A DNA stretch of 64,000 nt from Hamiltosporidium tvaerminnensis FI-OER-3-3. Lineage: Eukaryota > Fungi > Microsporidia. Every line of letters begins with the position of its first letter. Positions within the stretch are counted from its first letter, which is position 1. The stretch covers positions 1,426,001 to 1,490,000 of the forward strand of contig JAKIMF020000001.1 in NCBI GenBank assembly GCA_022605425.2. Reading direction: 5' to 3'. Below the pieces are notes generated by a model that did no database searches, was not told where the DNA came from, and worked only from the letters and a program-made list of their open reading frames with translations. This document shows positions 35,378-48,800 of this stretch, in pieces. A program made the translations under genes and the position numbers.

Positions 35378-38300
35378 AAATACATTCAAAAAAATTTATT
35401 AATATTAAAATGTATTCACTTTGTAACCTACAAACAATTTACTTTTGTGTTTAAATGTTTTAACATTTTTTAAATAATCAACGAACGCAAAAATGTTTAG
35501 GGTATTTATTTAAAAATAACAATACTATCATTATATCTGCAAATAAAGGTTTAATCTATATCATATATTCGCTTCTATAATTTAAAGCTATTTTTATACC
35601 TTAGTAACATATATTAGAAATGAGCAAAAAACCAGCTCAAATAATCATATAAAATTCATTATAATTAATTCATATTTGGTCTGAATATAGATATTAATTT
35701 AAGAAATATATTTATGGTTTTAAATAAAAATAAAGTCAGTATCAATAATAAAATTTTGATCTTTAATTTACCCAAAAAGAATTTTAAAGAGAAATTAGAT
35801 GTTTATATTAGTAATTATACATTAATAGTAATTTCAATATCTGAAATCAACATTATAGTACTTTATATTAAATCTCTATTGTATAATTTAGTATTATTTG
35901 TATCTAACTTTGTTTTCATCTAAACAGATAATAATTGCTATCAGTAAGTGAAGTATTATATAGGAAGTTTAAAAAGATTTTGATATCACTAACACGAAAA
36001 ATACTTAGACAAAGAATTTTCTATATATAAATAGATAGGATATTTGTCCAAGACAGAATAAACCATTGCCTATTTAAATGATAATGAGAGTAAGTACATT
36101 TCTATTGTATTGACCCTTGATTTCCAACAAATCGGGTTTTATTTATAGCTTGGTGTATATATCATCGTACATGGGCTAATAAGAAGGCATTATATATAAC
36201 AATAAAACTACCATGGATAGAATATTAATAATAAAATAGAGGCAGATATTAAGTCACAGTATCAAAAAACATTTGAGGTTATTTGTTTTAGGCGATTAAG
36301 AGTTTTGGTTTTGAAATTAAATGCCGAAAAAAATGTCATACAAAGAGCTAAAGGATACAAATAACTCATATACTAAATACACCTATATACTATTAGGAAT
36401 AAGGCACCAAACAAGTAAGCATCAAAATTAAAAACCTCAAAATGATGCAAAAAATGACTGAAATCAAAGCAGCGACTCAAAAAATAAGAAAAGAAATCAA
36501 TTATAAAAAGCAGAGGGAATAAAACAGGGACCAAATAAAATTAAGACATGAACGACATAGCAAGAAAAAAAGCTAGTATTAAATTAATTTATGTGAAATC
36601 AAAAAAATTGAAAGAAGTTTAGTAATCTTGAAAAAAACTATATTTCTCTTTAAAACAATTCTATGTCCGACTCTAATTGAAACAAAAAAAGAGCAAAATA
36701 AAACTTAAAAAATCGACTAATTAACTAGGTAAAACTTTGTATGATATTTATGGGGCACACATTGAACTATTATATACACGAGTCTCTTTTTTATAAATAA
36801 TATAATAACTTATGCACTATAAAGAAGATTCATGGTAGCTTATGAATGTTACTTATATAAAGAGTTTCATTCCACCTTGTAAACCATCGAATTTATGTCA
36901 ATTTTTTAGTAGCGAGTATCCAGAAGCATTTAAGATCATTTTACTTCTCACAAAAAAACTAATCTTTTGATACTTAAGTGCATATAATGCTAAAAAAATT
37001 GTTTCATTAAAATATATCATGCCTTGCGAAGAAGAACCGACGGTAATACATATAGATCATATGATGAGATCAGTGAAAATCATATTAGGATCGTTGTAGT
37101 AATGAATAAGGGATTATAAAGAATCTAAAAAACCAAAATACGTAAAGAACTATTAATCATGAATATAAAGAGCAAAAGAATAAAGCCCAAACTTAGTATT
37201 AGGAAGCCTGACATTATATGTGCATTCAAAATGAAATTTTGTAGTAAAATGACACAAATATTTTTTCTCTAGCCGATAAAGTGACATAGTAAAAAATAGC
37301 TGTTACAAAAATAATTATTATTGCAAATGAGCATCACTAGGCTGAATGAGTAGTTCAGATATTCTCAATTACATCATGGTTTGATATGCATTAACTTATC
37401 TAACACCGATAAGATGTGATAATAAATGATAAGTTATTCTATTGGCGACGTATATTTATACGAAGTTTTAAACAAATATGTCTTTATGTGAAAATGTTTG
37501 GTGTACTATTAGAGAAACTAGTGAAAAGGAGCGAAAACCAACCATTAAAACAGTTAAATAGATAATCTGAATATTATTCGTGGAATTTATTGCATTGAAT
37601 ATTTTCTTAAAACTTTTTTTGAATTAAATTTTTATTTTCATATTGTAGAACAATCAAATTTCTTTTCATTCAAGGCACTATATTATTCTTAAACTACATA
37701 AAGATTTTTACTCTAATGAAAGGTATTCTATAATATCAATTTTCATTTTTTTGTCTTTAATGAATTAGCAAGGCCAAAATTTTAATTACATTTCATGCTT
37801 AAGCCAAACGAAAACTTAAAGGCTGCTTAATAAATAAATTAAAGAAGATTTAAAAAAGATGGCTAAGCGAAGAAATTTTTCAATTTTAATGAGGCTTATA
37901 CCCATGAATTTTAATAAGACATTAAATTAAAGATATATCTATATTATAAATCGATTTTCTCAATATATGCCTTCAATTTATGATTGTCTACTAGACATAT
38001 TTTTTATAGTTTAATAGTTTTAGATGCGCATTTGGGGAATATACGTGCCTTTGTTATTATTCATTCTCATATATTCCATTTGTTTCGAACACATACGTGT
38101 AAGGTAAAATTAATATAAATTTACATTCATTTGTTTATATTCGAACTAATCTACAAATTAATTTTAATTGAAGCATTCATTATCATTTTTGTTATCTATG
38201 ATTTAATGATTTCATAATGCGTTTAATATAACAATGCAAAAAGATATCCCCTAAAATTTTCTAATTTTTATCTATTGATATTTTGTGAATTGCTAGAAGT

Positions 38301-38619
38301 TTTTTTTGATAACTCGTGTGTTCAATTATTTTGTTCGTACTTTTATTTTATAATGCTTTATAATATATTTAATAAAAATCAATAATTTTTACACCCATTG
38401 TCTAAGAATCAACTTTTATAGATTATTCGTAGTTTTTTTTTAAAATGTATTCCGGGATTATTTTTGACGTGGCAATATTCAAATTTTATTTAGATATAAC
38501 GCAATGTTTTTAAAAATTTAAGCTGCCGCACCTTTTAGATATAAAAATAGGTCTGCAGTTCCAATAAAAAATGTTTCGGATTTTCTTTAATTTAAAACAA
38601 AAAATATATTTTTGCAAAT

Positions 38620-39310
38620 TTCAGTGGAAGAAATTCTTGAAAACAAGCATGCGGAGATAAGAGTGGACACCGGGATTAAAACCGATGTCAAGATTCGGTG
38701 TAATAGACCCGATATATCGATTTTAAATGAGTGAAAAATAAGACAACACTCATTTAAGTGGGAATTTCCTTCCAAGACTCACTTTAAACAGTGAAACGGA
38801 GAAACTTTGGAATATGGCCTGCCAGCCAATGATTTAGGTCTTATGTGTAAATGCATTCTTGAAACAACCATATGTGATGACTTAGGATAGTATTGAGACA
38901 AAATACCATGAATATCATCTTAAAAGACTGCAAAACCCCACAATATAGAGGCAACCATTCAGTTCATAGTACTCAAGAAAACAGTCGCAACAATTCCTTT
39001 GATCGACGAAGAGGATTTGAGTCTGGACTGAATTCCGAAGAGAGCAGGGAGAGAGCGTTATTAAGTGTTATTTCTTGAGACGAGATGCAATAACAAACAA
39101 AACCCCTTTTAAAGCAAGAAGACAACTAGGAAGATGTTTTTAAAGCGAAAATACAAAAAATATTATACACCTTGTTTTAGATGACATAAACACAGTGAAA
39201 GAACCGACAATAAATAAAGACAAAGAGTCGTGTTTAGAGGAAAATAAACAAGTGATTGGAAATATGCAAGAAATTATTTAAAGAAAGAAAATTTGGTAAC
39301 TCAGATTTTA
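38620..39310 (+). mobile_element. Decayed R4-like 3' fragment (RLE domain to 3' end)
   Basis: Encodes AEIRVDTGIKTDVKIRCNRPDI and SFDRRRGFESGLNSEES with frameshifts. Confidence 0.88.
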
Positions 39311-39519
39311 ATCAAATACTATTTTTGCAAGTTTATTGTTTACATAAAAAAATTGTAAATTCATATATCACATAAGAAAAATGTTGGTTTTATTTATGAT
39401 TAGACTGCAATTGCTTGTTATTATAATATTTTTTACAAGGCTTTTTTTGAAAGAGACAAATAAGACATCACTTGCATTCAAGCGATTTCACGCTTTGGTT
39501 TCAATATAAAAAAACAAGG

Positions 39520-41320
39520 TGCCGTGTGCCGGCGTTTTAGAATAATTAAATGAATGATTTTTATTTATTGAAGGTCTTATATTTTGTTTCATTTTCACTC
39601 CTTCTTAGGGGTAAAAGAAATAATTATTTACTGGGGTTTAATGTGGTTACTCGGAATGAGTTTACGACACAAGGAAAACCTCATTTCGCCTAAGTAAGTG
39701 GTAGCAAATGATAGAAGCAACTGCAATGCTTCTTTGCAAACGTGGATAATGTTATACCTATATAATCAGAATTTTGTTATTTCAATTGTTCGAATTCCAT
39801 GTAAATATGTCTACCGTCTCGTATTTCAATAAAATCGTCTTTTTTATACAAATATCATTCATCGAATTTATGTTGTATAGAAATGTATTTTGTATATATC
39901 TCCGAGTTTTTATAATATTTCCGTTAAGAAAATATCTATTGAATGATTCGCTCAATAATTTTCGATGCTTTGAAGTGTTCGGTAAGTTTAAAGTTTCTTT
40001 GATTTTCCAAAAAATTGAATCACGTGAGAGAAAGTTTACAAAATTCCCAATTCAAACCCGACATACACAAATTTATAGCTTTCAAATGAATAAAGATTAT
40101 TTTTTTTTACCAGCTATTATTATATTTGTATCAAATCTTTGGGTTGTTATATTCACACCATTTAATTGGCTGCTTGTATCTCTAAATAGGCTATTCTCAG
40201 AATTTCGTCATTTCTTTGAAAATATTTTACAAAATCACAGTTTCTAATTGTTAACAACTAAATAATCTCTTTAGGAAATTTTAAAGCTTGACTAAGCAAT
40301 ACGACCTTTGGAAAGCCATTGTATTGCGATGTGATATAGAACCACAATATAAGCCCTCTTCGTTCCTTCACAAAGGAAACGATAAATGCGAGGAGTAGAA
40401 GCTTGTCAAATAATATAATTTACTAAGTTTATTCTTGTAATTAGGTATGTTTTAAAACCCCGCAAGGTTTTCAGTGCAATAGCATTAAGATCTAACATTC
40501 AATGCGAAATTTTAACTTGCTATAATTTCCTATTCAATTTAAAAGAATCCGGATTTTTCGCCTAAATTTGCGGAAGCCCCACCAGTACATACTGAGCCAA
40601 TCGCATTCAAAAGTAATTTATCGTTTAAAAATCTTTTATTTGATTAAAAGCATTGATTCCTTTATAAGTCTCAACTTCAGTGGCTCAAAAAATAATATTT
40701 ACTCTGTCATTCCTTTTTCGTTTACATATCTCACAAATACCAGCAGCCGACCGCAATTATCAACAGAAGTGGACTCATACAATTATATACTCATTTTCAA
40801 TGAACGTACTTAATCTCATCTGATATCTGCAGCAAAATACCTTTATTGAGATCTTGAATTCACGATCGATTATATCGTCCGATAATAAAATCAGCTGGGT
40901 TTTAATATTTGCATCCGAAGTTAATATTCGGGCAACAATTATTAATGCGCAAGGTTTGATTGAAAACTCAGCAACCCGGAAGGTTCATTTTCCTTATACA
41001 AATATATGCCTGTTAATAGAAAGCTTCTAATAAGGACTTCCGAATTGCTGACCGCATAATTTTGTGATAGTAATACCGGAATCAATTCGAGCTTTTGTGA
41101 CTTCAAGCTGCTGATACTATCCGCTCTTTCACTACTATGCAAATTTTTAAAAAGCTTTAAAAAATTTAATTGTTTGGGAGTCAATTAGAAAACATCGCTG
41201 AACATAAGATACATTGAGATCGTTGCTTACCGTCTTTTTTTCTATACAAGTAAATCTATTTTCTGAATACCCATCGTTTCATTGTCGTTTTTTGACATAA
41301 CCGGGCTCATTATGAGCGAC
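39520..41320 (-). mobile_element. Decayed hAT (Buster/Charlie, ZBED5/FAM200-like) DNA transposon
   Basis: Minus-strand remnants: KKRQ..FTCIEKKDGKQRSQCILCS (BED finger), IKPCA, LSDDIIDRRIQD, ESTSVDNCGRLLVFVRYV, WLSKG, LSFATTYLGEMRFS (dimerisation domain). TIRs not resolved. Confidence 0.8.
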
Positions 41321-41349
41321 TAAATTATTCAGAAGTAACAAAAAAATAA

Positions 41350-43129
41350 ATTTATTTAATAAAATTATGGGTTAAAATATTTTTAACATTTTTATATGTT
41401 TTCTTCTACCTCTTTAACCACTTTTGTCTCTTCTTCCAAATCCGACTCTTTATTTATGTTATTGGTCGGTTCCTCTAACGTGGTTCCTCCTTGTGAAATA
41501 AAGGGTGCTTTACTTTTTGGTTTAAAATTTTTTGCATCATCTTCCTCTCTCTTCTCTCCTTTTAATGGGGATGTTTGTTCCTCGTGCATCTCTGCTCTCA
41601 TAATAACACCAATTGACGCTCTCTCCCAGCTATCTTCGGCATTTAGTCTTGACACAAGTCCTCTTCGTCGATCAAAGGAAATTGTTTCGACTGTATTCTT
41701 AAGAACTATAGACTGAATGTATGCCTCTACATTCATGGGTATTTCTAGTCTTTTAAGATGAGATTATTGGTATTTTGTCACAATACTGTCCCAGGTCATC
41801 ACATAAGGGATTATCTCCACACTACACTTATAAATAAGCCCTAACTCATTGGCTAGCAGGTCATACTTCCTAAGTTTTTCAGTTTCAACTATTTGAAGTG
41901 AATCTTGGGAAGTGATTCCTACTTCAATGAGTGTTATCTTATTCTTCTTCTTATCTAAAATAAATATGTCGGGTCTGTTATTCCGAATTTTAACATCAGT
42001 TTTTATTCTGGTGTCTACTCTTATCTCTGCATACTCATAATCAAGAATTTCTTGAACTGAGTGGCTCCTTATTCGTTTTGAAGACTTAAACTTATATCTA
42101 TTTAGAAGGAGAAGGTGTATGCATCTTACCACTTCATTATTTCGTCTGGTGTAGTCATGGCCTATTATTTTTTCACATCGAGTTGCTAGATGATCTACAG
42201 TCTTACCAGATTTATTACAGTGTTGGCACATGCCATCTGCTCCCCAGAATACATTTCTATCCTGAATTAGCAGAACACAGTGCCGTAATTTTCGGGAAGA
42301 CAGCTAAGTTTGAAGTACGCCTCTAACAATGAGATCGTATTCCTGCTCACCATTCCTCTGTTGTTGTAAAGTAAAGAATTGTTATTAGAAAAATTGTCTT
42401 TATAAATTTTGTTCATGACGGCACCCCTCTTTTCTATTTCAAAATATAAAATAAAAATATAATATTTTGTGATATAAATAATATCACACACAGCTTCATT
42501 TCGTGGCCTAATATTCCCTCTATTTAGCCATCTTGAAGAGTCACTAACACTTACAAGCTCATTTTTCCTTGCATTATATAACTTGGAATGAAGTTTTCAG
42601 TTTTTTATTTCGTTATATAGTTTTGCAAGTTGAGCTTCTTCTAAACTTTTCTTAGTGACTTCTTCTACTAACCTGTACTTTACTTTTAAGAAGCCTTTTA
42701 TTGGTGCAAGATGGGTTTTATTATTATTTTCCACCTTTGAGATTGCTGCTCGTCTAGTTGATATTTATTTACTTTTTTCCAGACAATCCAAGAGTTGCAG
42801 AAGCATATGTTCGCTTCGCAACTCAACACTATGTAGGCCTCTTCCAAGTTCTGTTCTAGGAAGGTATAAACGCTCTTTACATCCTGGGCGGAGATGTATC
42901 TTATTCTTCACCAACACCGTACGCACTGCATCATCTAACTTAGAGAAGCCAGCCGGTTCAAGTCGAAGTACTCCTATGTGATAGTTGATTAACGATATCG
43001 CATGTTGATTGATTGATTGCAGAAAATAAATTTTTTGCATTTAATCTAGTGTGACAAAGTCTTTCAACTCTTGATATAAGTTTGCTCTGTACTTCATCAA
43101 ATGAGCTACGTGTTTGGATTCCTCTGCTA
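41350..43129 (-). mobile_element. 5'-truncated, decayed R4-like element carrying an internal insertion
   Basis: ORF pieces 42765-43040, 41764-42231 and 41392-41736 closely match the polyprotein; sits next to the 5' end of the hAT remnant. Confidence 0.92.
42281..42487 (-). other. 207-bp foreign insertion flanked by ACACAG duplication; contains an AT-rich upstream tract, GGGG motif and the start of a homeodomain-like ORF
   Basis: Absent from the other R4 copies (compare 46800-46820); ACACAG at 42275-42280 and 42488-42493; ATG at 42416 gives MNKIYK..RGMVSRNTISLLEAYFKLSCLPE. Confidence 0.7.
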
Positions 43130-43213
43130 GCTTTAATTTTGAATTATTCTAAAAATTAATCAAATATATTTAAAAAATAAAATGAAAACATTAAAAGTGG
43201 AAAATTAAAGGAT

Positions 43214-44419
43214 TTATTGATTTTTAGCTACCGAAAGTGCTTCTTCATACAAAAAACAAGGGATTTCTGTTAAATTTGACTCAAAAATTCTTTTTACAAT
43301 CTCAATTTGCAAATTTATGGATTGCAAATCATAACATTCAATATTTGGAAAAATAGTGGGAGTAAAAATTTTATATAGATTATCTGACCCCATTTTATTA
43401 TCTTTTGAATACTGATTAACTTTTCGAAAGATTTTCTGTAAATAGATAAGCATCTTTCTATTTTCATTTGTAATCGAAAATATTATTAAAGGCACAATAT
43501 ATTCTATTATTGAAGGATCCGTCTGGTTTTTTATTATTTTTATCACCCTTTCTGCAACCTGAACTGAAATTATCCCATTCATTATCTCCCGAATATATGC
43601 TTTTAAAATTGAAGCGTTGTCATGAACAGATAACTCAGTATAATCATATCTCTTTCCTGCAGCTAAAACACCCGGCATAAATTTATAATAGGTATATTTA
43701 CCGGAAATTCTAAACAATCCCTCTTTTTTGATTCCTTCATCCATAATATGATCACCAACGGTATAAACAAAGTTATTTTCTTTTTTTATATGATAAGAAT
43801 CTTTCTTAAACGAAGATCTGAATATATTAGAAATTTTTTCTAAAATATTATCTTTAAAGCTGGATCTATATTTACGAAGCTTCTTAAAGCAAAAACAAGC
43901 CAATTTGATTTTTTCTTTGTCACTAAGTAAATCATATTTTATAGTATCTTTAGCTTTTGTTTCTTTGTTTTCTAATTTATTAAAAGGAATTTCTTGTTTT
44001 TTCTCTCGAGATGGTATATTTACCAGCTTTGATTTAAAATAAATTTCATTTTTTTTGTATATCATTATAGTAAATTTATATTCCATAATATATTTTAACA
44101 TCGGGAATCTCTTATCTTCATGATTCCAAATGTTGATTTCATGTACTTTAACTGCTACATTTTCAAGAAAGGATAAATTTGCTTTTTCTAAATCTTCTTT
44201 AGATTTTATACTCTCTTCTTCTTTCTCCTTCAATTTTGAATTTTTAATGATTCTAAATATACTTTTATGTATATTTCCCATATCATTACTATCTTGCTTG
44301 CATTCATCGATTTTATTTAAGATTCCAATCAGTTCACTCGATTCAAGTCCCTGATTTTTTGTTACTTCTGAAATATTAAGTTTTTTAATATTTCCGCTGT
44401 TCTTTATTTTGCCAATCAT
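43214..44419 (-). CDS. RhoGAP-domain protein
   Basis: GIKKEGLFRISG (arginine finger), ASILKAYIRE, NKMGSDNLYKIFTPTIF; AATAAA overlaps the stop. Confidence 0.85.
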   Translation of the reverse strand: MIGKIKNSGNIKKLNISEVTKNQGLESSELIGILNKIDECKQDSNDMGNIHKSIFRIIKNSKLKEKEEESIKSKEDLEKANLSFLENVAVKVHEINIWNHEDKRFPMLKYIMEYKFTIMIYKKNEIYFKSKLVNIPSREKKQEIPFNKLENKETKAKDTIKYDLLSDKEKIKLACFCFKKLRKYRSSFKDNILEKISNIFRSSFKKDSYHIKKENNFVYTVGDHIMDEGIKKEGLFRISGKYTYYKFMPGVLAAGKRYDYTELSVHDNASILKAYIREIMNGIISVQVAERVIKIIKNQTDPSIIEYIVPLIIFSITNENRKMLIYLQKIFRKVNQYSKDNKMGSDNLYKIFTPTIFPNIECYDLQSINLQIEIVKRIFESNLTEIPCFLYEEALSVAKNQ

Positions 44420-45888
44420 TTGTTTATTATTGTTTTTTTTATTATATAGATTTGAAATCGAGTGTTTGTTTATGTATTTGCATTATTTTTCTTTATCTTA
44501 AACAAAGTGTATCAAAATGAAAAAAGGTTTTTAATGTATCTTTTAATCTTATTTTAATTTCCTTAATGATATTACATCAGATATTAAATTAATTTTTAAT
44601 AAAATTCATCTACCATTTATTATCATATCTTATATTGTTAACTTTAAATAAAATACTAAACAATTAAATATTTTAAACTATAAATTAAAAATTTTCATTC
44701 GGTTTGTAAAAAAAGAGATTTGTTTAAGCTGAATTATTTTAAAATCATTTATTCTTTTATCTATTATTTTTTTAAATTAAAAAGTGTATTCGAGCAGAAT
44801 AATTGTAAATAGCTAAAATTATATATCTTCTCGAAAATAGATAGAATTCGATAAAAAATATTAACTTAATAGTACTTTATATCTGATAGAAGAGAATAAA
44901 AAAAGAATTTACATTTTAGTTTAGTATGAAGATATTTTTTTACCCTTATCAGGTAGCAAACACGATTATTTAAGTCCTACATTTTATTTGAAATTATATA
45001 TTTTAAAAATTTTTAGCTAACAAATGAGATTATATTTCCGACTTTTATAATTACATTTTAAATACTTTATCAAAAAAATATTTTTTTTCGGATTTCTCAC
45101 TATAACACATCTGTTATATTAAGTCGCAATCATAGTATAATTTATAAACCGAAAATTATGTTTTAATCTGCTATATTTATACTCCAATACGTGCCAAGAT
45201 CTTTGATAGATTAAAAACACATGTAAATGCAATCGTTTGATTTCTATCGGGCACAAAAGAAATACATAGTAAATTAATAGCAAAATATATTGCAAAATAC
45301 TAGTAATTCATTCTATCTTTGCAACAAAATTTTTTGGTAACATACGGGAATAAAACATAATTAGATTCTAAGAATAATATTATATCGGGGATATATCTCA
45401 TACAGCATTCTATACACTTAAAGTATTATTTTAATTTAATAAAATGAAATTAAGAATTTTTTGTTTAAGATTTATTCACATATAGTTTAAACTAGGAATA
45501 TAATTCAAGATTAGACCTGTTATCATATTTATTAAAAAAAAATCTTCTTAATACAGAAAATAAATTCTATTATTTTGATCTTCAAGTTACTTGGTTAGTA
45601 TTTAGAACTTCTAAATAAAAATTAGGGACAAAAGTATACGAATTAGATGTTAAAGTAATCATACAGGGATCATTTTATTAAAAAAGATTAAAATTAAATC
45701 ATCGAATAAAATTAAGATTGAATTTATAAGAAATTTATTAGAATGAATTAAAATAATGTGAAATAATATTAGGATGGAATATAAGATTTTAATTTTTAGA
45801 GAAATAAAATTAGATAAAAATACTTTTAAAGAAGAAAGTGTAGAATTATAAATTGTTTTACTTATTTAATAGTATATATCTAAGTATA

Positions 45889-48800
45889 TTTTTTTTATTT
45901 AAAAAAATTCTGGGTTAAAATATTTTTACATGTTTTCTTCTACCTCTTAAACCACTTTTGTCTCTTCTTCCAAATCCGACTCTTCATTTATGTTATTGGT
46001 CGGTTCCTCTAAAGCGGTTCCTCCTTGTAAAATAAAGGGTGCTTTATTCTTCGGTTTAAAATTTTAACACCATCTTCCTCTCTCTTCTCTTCTTTTAAAC
46101 GGGGTGTTGGTTCCTCGTGCATCTCTGCTCTCATAATAACACCCATTGACGCTCTCTCCCAGCTATCTTCGGCATTTAGTCTTGACACAAGTCCTCTTCG
46201 TCGATCAAAGGAAATTGTTTCGACTGTATTCTTAAGAACTATAGACTGAATGTATGGCTCTACATTCATGGGTATTTCTAGTCTTTTAAGGTGTGATTTA
46301 TGGTATTTAGTCACAATACCGTTCCAGGTTTCCCTGACGAGATTATCTCAACACTACACTTATAAATGAGACCCGACTCATTGGCTAGCAGGTCATATTT
46401 CCTAAGTTTTTCAGTTTCAACTATTTGAAGTGAATCTTGGGAAGTGATTCCTACTTCAATGAGTGTTATCTTATTCTTCTTCTTATCTAAAATAAATATG
46501 TCCGGTCTGTTATTCCGAATTTTAACATCAGTTTTAATTCTGGTGTCCACTCTTATCTCTGCATACTCATTATCAAGAATTTCTTAAACTGAGTGGCTCC
46601 TTATTCGTTTTGAAGACTTAAACTTATATCTATTTAGAAGAAGAAGGTGTAGGCATCTAACCACTTCATTATGCCGTCTAGTGTAATCATGACCTAGCAT
46701 TTTTCACATCGAGTTGCTAGATGATCTACAGTCTTACCAGACTTCCCGCAATGTTGACACACACCATCTGCTCCCCAGAATACATTTCTATCCTGGATAT
46801 AGCAGAATACAGCTTCATTTCGTGGCCCAATATTTCCTCTCTTTAGCCATCTTGAAGAGTCACTAACACTCACAAGCTCATTTTTCCTTGCATTATATAA
46901 CTTTGAATGGAGTTTTCGTTTTTCTATTTCGTTATATAGTTTTGCAAGTTGAGCTTCTTCTAAACTTTTCTTAGTGACTTCTTCTACCAACCTATACTTT
47001 ACTTTTAAGAAGCCTTTTATTAGTGCAAGATGGGTTTTATTATTATTCTCATCCTTGAGTATTGCTGCTCGTCTAGTTGATATTTCTTTACTTTTTTTCA
47101 AGACAATCCGAGAGTTGCAGAAGCATATGTTCGCTTCGCAACTCAACACTATGTAGGCCTCTTCCAAGTTCTGTTCTAGGAAGGTATAAACGCTCTTTAC
47201 ATCCTGGGCGGAGATGTATTTTTTTCTTCACCAACACCGCACGCATTGCATCATCTAACTTAGAGAAGCCAGCCGGTTATAGTCGAAGTACTCCTATGTG
47301 GTAGTTGATTAACGATATCGCATGTTGATTGATTGCAGAAAATAAATTTTTTGCATTTAATCCAGTGTGACAAAGTCTTTCAACTCTTGATATAAGTTTG
47401 CTCTGTACTTCTTCAAATGAGCTAGGTGTTGGAATTCCTCTGCTATCTTCTATTATTCCTAAATATTTGTAAACACTAATACCTTTTAGAAGAGTAGCAG
47501 TATCTTCACAACACGTATCATTTGTGGCTGACTTCTCTTTGTTAATCTCTAAGCCAATCACCTCTAAAAATTCCTTTGCCTCGCCTGTCATAGCACTCAA
47601 TGTGGAGCTGTCTTTTGCAAGGAGCTTAAGATCATCAATAAACAAGAGATGATTAGTAGAATGGGATTCTGCATCTGTTTGTACTGTCACTTTTGTGTAT
47701 TTTTCATTAAGCTTTTGGCTTAATGGATCCATACACAAAACAAACAACAATGGTGACAAACTATCTCCTTGCAGAATCCCTCTATCAATCTTCTTGCTCA
47801 TGATTTTTTCAGGCCCTACTGATACATCAATTTTTCATTTTGATATTTTTATCTTGATAAATTTTATGATCCAATCAGGTAAATTAAGGTTTTGAATGCA
47901 TTGAGTTAAAAAAGCATGATCTATTGAATCATAAGCATTTTTAACATCAATCCATGTTGCGTTAAGATTATTTCCATACTCTTTATTTAAGGCAATATTC
48001 AGAAGAGCCTGCTCTTTCGCTCTCTGATGACCTCTAACTGACCCAACTGGTTCTCTGCAAGAAACCCTCGCCTTTCCACTTCAAGTTAAACGACTTTCGT
48101 TACACACTTAGTCGTACACTTGTAGAGGTTGGACATACAAGTGATTGGCCTGTAGTCAGAGCCTCTTTGTGGAATTCCTTTCGGTATCAAATACGTAAGC
48201 CCGCAGTAAAACCAATCAGCTTGAGTTGTTCCATCTAAACATATAACTTTCACAATATCATAAATATATTTGTGAAGAGTTGTAAGTTTCTTAATGAAAA
48301 AATTGTAAATACCATCAATTCCAGCAGCTTCGAAATTGGGAAGCCAATTAATGATATTTACAAATTCTTCAAGTGATGGAAACGTAGTCGGAGGATTATC
48401 TGATACAAATGGAATCAAATAATCATCGTACGTGACCGTGTCATCATTTTTGTTCCACATGGTAGACCAAAAACTCAATATTTCATCGCGGCTAACCACA
48501 TGCTCGAATTCTACACGCTCAGATAACCCACAATAAAATCGACTTCAGAAAAGCTCAAACATACGTTTCTCTTTCGGAATTGCTTACTACTTTCATGCAT
48601 CGTAATTTTTTTCTCGTAAACATTCAGAGACTCATTCTTCTTAACTAAAGCCTCAGAAATATCAGTTACGCTGCTCAAGTTTAAATTAAACTCTCGCATG
48701 ATTTTCTTAAGGCTTTTTGTTTCCTAAGCGGAGAGTTTTTCCTGCTTACGAGCCTTCTCGAGAAGATCTTTGGAAAGTACTAACTTAGAGATTTTACTTT

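Noticed and set aside
42281-42424. RNase P/MRP or snRNA gene suggested by the terminal stem
   Set aside because: No complete conserved regions (CR-I/CR-V, Sm site) recognisable; better explained as an inserted fragment.
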